15,558 bases of DNA. It comes from Candidatus Methylomirabilota bacterium. GTDB taxonomy: Bacteria > Methylomirabilota > Methylomirabilia > Rokubacteriales > CSP1-6. The DNA lies in contig JBKPAK010000113.1 in assembly GCA_046726415.1 (NCBI GenBank), positions 1 through 15,558 of the forward strand. Direction: 5' to 3'. Shown here piece by piece: positions 12,314 through 15,558 of this stretch. Under the pieces are notes generated by a model that was given only the letters and a program-made list of their open reading frames with translations, searched no databases and was not told the origin of the DNA. How positions within the stretch are numbered: the stretch's first letter is position 1; each line of letters starts with the position of its first letter. The position numbers were made by a program, and so were the translations under genes.

Positions 12314-12349
12314 TAGGGTTTTGTCGCTGTTTCCGGGTGATGGAGAGCC

Positions 12350-12730
12350 ATGCCGACGATTAATCAGCTCGTGCGCAAGGGTCGTGAGGCGGTGCGCAAG
12401 AAGTCGAAGACCCCCGCCATGCAGGGATGCCCGCAAAAGCGGGGCGTCTGCATCCGGGTCTACACCACGACGCCCAAGAAGCCCAATTCCGCCCTCCGCA
12501 AGGTCGCGCGGGTACGGCTCACCAACGGTCTCGAGGTGACGTCGTACATCCCGGGAGTGGGACACAACCTGCAGGAGCACTCCATCGTGATGATCCGAGG
12601 CGGGCGCGTGAAGGATCTGCCCGGGGTCCGCTATCACATCATCCGCGGCACCCTGGATACCGCCGGGGTCGCCAATCGCAAGCAGAGTCGGTCGAAGTAC
12701 GGCATGAAGACGCCAAAGGGCGGAGCGTAG
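12350..12730 (+). CDS. rpsL: 30S ribosomal protein S12
   Basis: [55 protein letters not shown]. Confidence 0.99.
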   Translation: MPTINQLVRKGREAVRKKSKTPAMQGCPQKRGVCIRVYTTTPKKPNSALRKVARVRLTNGLEVTSYIPGVGHNLQEHSIVMIRGGRVKDLPGVRYHIIRGTLDTAGVANRKQSRSKYGMKTPKGGA

Positions 12731-12733
12731 GCG

Positions 12734-13201
12734 ATGCGTCGCGCGGGAGCGGCAAAACGCGAGGTGCTGCCCGATCCCAAGTACGGGAGCCGCCTGGTCG
12801 CGAAGTTCGTCAACATCATGATGATCCGAGGCAAGAAATCGGTGGCCGAGCGCATCATGTACGACGCCCTGGGGACCGTCGAAGAACGGGCGAAACAGGA
12901 AGCGCTCAAGATGTTCAAGACCGCCATCGACAATGTGAAACCGGCGGTCGAGGTGAAGTCGAGGCGGGTCGGCGGCTCCACCTACCAGGTGCCGGTGGAG
13001 GTGCGGCCCGATCGGCGGACCTCGCTGGCCATGCGGTGGATGATCGGAGCCGCTCGCAACCGCCCGGAGCGGAGCATGGCCGAGAAGCTGGCCGCGGAGC
13101 TGCTCGACGCCGCCAACAACCGAGGCTCGGCGGTGAAGAAGCGAGAAGATACGCACAAGATGGCCGAGGCGAACAAGGCGTTCGCCCACTATCGCTGGTA
13201 G
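12734..13201 (+). CDS. rpsG: 30S ribosomal protein S7
   Basis: [55 protein letters not shown]. Confidence 0.99.
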   Translation: MRRAGAAKREVLPDPKYGSRLVAKFVNIMMIRGKKSVAERIMYDALGTVEERAKQEALKMFKTAIDNVKPAVEVKSRRVGGSTYQVPVEVRPDRRTSLAMRWMIGAARNRPERSMAEKLAAELLDAANNRGSAVKKREDTHKMAEANKAFAHYRW

Positions 13202-13218
13202 CGACACCGGTTCCAGAT

Positions 13219-13277
13219 GAGGGAAGCGGCGCGGGCGGCTTCCCTCCTCTGCGCTTGGTGAGCAGAAAAGAAGAGGA
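13219..13277 (+). promoter_or_regulatory. Hairpin and possible anti-SD element in the rpsG-fusA spacer
   Basis: GAGGGAAGC/GCTTCCCTC 9-bp stem (13219-13246); TCTGC/GCAGA (13248-13266); TCCTCT (13245-13250) is complementary to the fusA SD AGAGGA (13272-13277). Confidence 0.4.
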
Positions 13278-13282
13278 ACGAC

Positions 13283-15391
13283 GTGCAGCGGCAGTACTCG
13301 TTGGAGCAGACGCGCAACATCGGGATCATGGCCCACATCGACGCGGGCAAGACGACCACCACCGAGCGGATCCTCTACTATACGGGGCGGTCCTACAAGA
13401 TTGGGGAGGTCCACGAGGGCACCGCGACCATGGACTGGATGGTGCAGGAGCAGGAGCGGGGGATCACCATCACCTCCGCCGCCACCACCTGCTTCTGGCG
13501 TGACTGCCGCATCAACATCATCGATACGCCCGGCCATGTGGACTTCACCGTCGAGGTGGAACGATCGCTGCGCGTCCTCGACGGCGCGGTGGCCATCCTG
13601 GACGCGGTGGCTGGGGTGGAGCCTCAGACCGAGACGGTATGGCGGCAGGCGGACAAGTACGAGGTCCCGCGTATCGTCTACGTCAACAAGATGGACCGGA
13701 TCGGCGCCGACTTCTACCGGTGTCTCGACATGCTGCGCGAGCGCCTGGGCGCCCACCCCGTCGCCGTACAAATCCCCATCGGACGCGAGGACCACTACCA
13801 GGGGCTCGTCGATCTGGTAGATGAGGTCGCCCTGGTGTGGGACGAGAGCGACGAAACCCTCGGGAAGGAATTCAAGAAGGCGCCCGTCCCCGCCGACATG
13901 GTTGACCTCGTCAAGGAGTACCGCGAGAAGCTGATCGAGGGCCTGGCCGAGGTCGACGACCACCTCATGGAAAAGTACGTCGGGGGCGAGGCGGTCACCA
14001 GCGAGGAACTGCGGGCGGCCATCCGCAAGGGCACCATCGCCATGACCCTCTTCCCCGTCCTGTGCGGTGCCTCCTTCAAGAACAAAGGGGTGCAAGCTCT
14101 GCTGGACGCGGTCATCGACTACTTGCCCTCGCCGCTCGACATCCCGGCCGTGCAAGGGATCAATCCCGAGACGCACGCGATGGAGGAGCGGAAGGCGGCC
14201 GATGACGCGCCCTTCTCGGCGTTGGCCTTCAAGATCATGAATGACCAGCACGTGGGCCAGCTCGTCTTCCTCCGCGTCTATTCGGGCACGCTCTCCGCCG
14301 GTTCGGGAGTGTACAACTCCACCACGGACAAAAAGGAGCGGGTGGGACGTCTCCTTCGCATGCACGCCAACAAGCGGGAGGACATCGAGGCGATCGCCGC
14401 CGGCGACATCGCGGCGGTGGTCGGTCTGAAGGTCACCACCACGGGAGATACGCTCTGCGATCCGGATCGGCCAATCGTCCTCGAGTCCATGACCTTTCCC
14501 GAGCCGGTTATCGCGGTGGCCATCGAGCCGAAGACGAAGGCTGACGAGGAGAAGCTGGGGTTGTCGCTGTCCCGGCTGGCCCTCGAGGACCCTACGTTCC
14601 GCGTGACCACGGAGACCGAGACGTCGCAGACCCTCATCCACGGGATGGGTGAACTGCACCTCGAGATCATCGTCGACCGCCTCCTCCGCGAGTTCAAGGT
14701 CGAGGCGAACGTCGGCAAGCCCCAGGTGGCCTACCGAGAGACGATCCGGAAGCCGGGGGTGGCCCAAGGCAGGTTCGTCCGCCAGACGGGCGGCCGCGGC
14801 CAGTATGGCGACGTATACCTGGAAGTGGAGCCCGCGGCCGGCGAGGGATTCAGCTTCGAGAACAAGATCGTGGGCGGCACGATTCCCCGAGAGTACATCC
14901 CGGCCGTGGAGAAAGGGGTTCGCGAGGCCTTGGAGACCGGAGTGCTCGCGGGCTATCCCGTGGTCGACGTGAAGGTGCGCCTGACCGATGGGTCCTACCA
15001 CGAAGTGGACTCGTCCGAGATCGCCTTCAAGATCGCCGGCTCCATGGCCTTCAAGGAAGCGTGCCGCCGAGCGAAGCCGGTGCTGCTGGAGCCGGTCATG
15101 GGGGTCGAAGTCGTGACTCCGCGGGACTACGTGGGTGCGGTGATCGGCAATCTGAACAGCCGGCGTGGCCGCATTGTCTCCCAGGAGATCCGGGGCGGCT
15201 CTGAGGTGATCCGGGCCAGCGTGCCGCTCGGCCAGATGTTCGGCTACGCCACCGATCTCCGATCAATGACGCAGGGCCGCGCCACCTATACCATGCAGTT
15301 CGCCCGCTACGAGGAAGTCCCGCCGGCCATCGCGGAAGAGATCATGGCCAAAGTGGCCGGCCGCCCCGCCGCGCGCGCCGGATCCCGCTAG
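13283..15391 (+). CDS. fusA: Elongation factor G (702 aa)
   Basis: [78 protein letters not shown] start with SD. Confidence 0.99.
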   Translation: MQRQYSLEQTRNIGIMAHIDAGKTTTTERILYYTGRSYKIGEVHEGTATMDWMVQEQERGITITSAATTCFWRDCRINIIDTPGHVDFTVEVERSLRVLDGAVAILDAVAGVEPQTETVWRQADKYEVPRIVYVNKMDRIGADFYRCLDMLRERLGAHPVAVQIPIGREDHYQGLVDLVDEVALVWDESDETLGKEFKKAPVPADMVDLVKEYREKLIEGLAEVDDHLMEKYVGGEAVTSEELRAAIRKGTIAMTLFPVLCGASFKNKGVQALLDAVIDYLPSPLDIPAVQGINPETHAMEERKAADDAPFSALAFKIMNDQHVGQLVFLRVYSGTLSAGSGVYNSTTDKKERVGRLLRMHANKREDIEAIAAGDIAAVVGLKVTTTGDTLCDPDRPIVLESMTFPEPVIAVAIEPKTKADEEKLGLSLSRLALEDPTFRVTTETETSQTLIHGMGELHLEIIVDRLLREFKVEANVGKPQVAYRETIRKPGVAQGRFVRQTGGRGQYGDVYLEVEPAAGEGFSFENKIVGGTIPREYIPAVEKGVREALETGVLAGYPVVDVKVRLTDGSYHEVDSSEIAFKIAGSMAFKEACRRAKPVLLEPVMGVEVVTPRDYVGAVIGNLNSRRGRIVSQEIRGGSEVIRASVPLGQMFGYATDLRSMTQGRATYTMQFARYEEVPPAIAEEIMAKVAGRPAARAGSR

Positions 15392-15417
15392 AACACCGAA
15401 CCAGAGGAGCTGAAGTC

Positions 15418-15558
15418 ATGGCCAAGGCGAAGTACGAGCGGACGAAGCCGCACGTGAACGTGGGGACGATTGGGCACATTGACCACGGCAAGACGACGCT
15501 GACGGCGGCGATCACGAAGGTGCTGCACACGAGGAACAAGCTGATCGCGGTGCGGGAG
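15418..15558 (+). CDS. tuf: Elongation factor Tu, second copy, N-terminal fragment (3' truncated by window)
   Basis: Manual translation: [48 protein letters not shown]-loop [16 protein letters not shown] upstream. Confidence 0.98.
   Translation, partial: MAKAKYERTKPHVNVGTIGHIDHGKTTLTAAITKVLHTRNKLIAVRE

Noticed and set aside
12350-12730. Streptomycin-resistance alleles in S12
   Set aside because: The TPKKPNSA and RVKDLPG lysines are wild type.

Overview
High-GC bacterial DNA carrying the core transcription/translation supercluster, all on the + strand: tuf (3' end), rpmG, tRNA-Trp(CCA), secE, nusG, rplK, rplA, rplJ, rplL, rpoB, a repeat ORF, rpoC, a promoter, rpsL, rpsG, fusA and tuf (5' end). 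The genes are ordinary housekeeping genes; the unusual features are at the junctions. (1) The 324-nt rpoB-rpoC gap is filled exactly by an in-frame 107-codon ORF built from four 66-nt tandem repeats, with TGAATG at both ends. (2) The nusG-rplK junction is duplicated, creating a flush 10-codon mini-ORF. (3) The rplK stop region is duplicated around a hairpin. Together these suggest MIRU-like inserts anchored at stop/start junctions, which is an inference. Also notable: 11 of 13 canonical genes whose stop is visible end in TAG and none in TAA, RpoB has GPRG instead of GPGG, L10 has a three-segment C-terminal helix, and the window is cut exactly 141 nt into tuf at both ends. I found no CRISPR array, transposase, intein or rRNA. 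The lineage cannot be established from the sequence alone; the RNAP insertion pattern is Gram-negative-like, and Rokubacteria/Methylomirabilota is only a guess.
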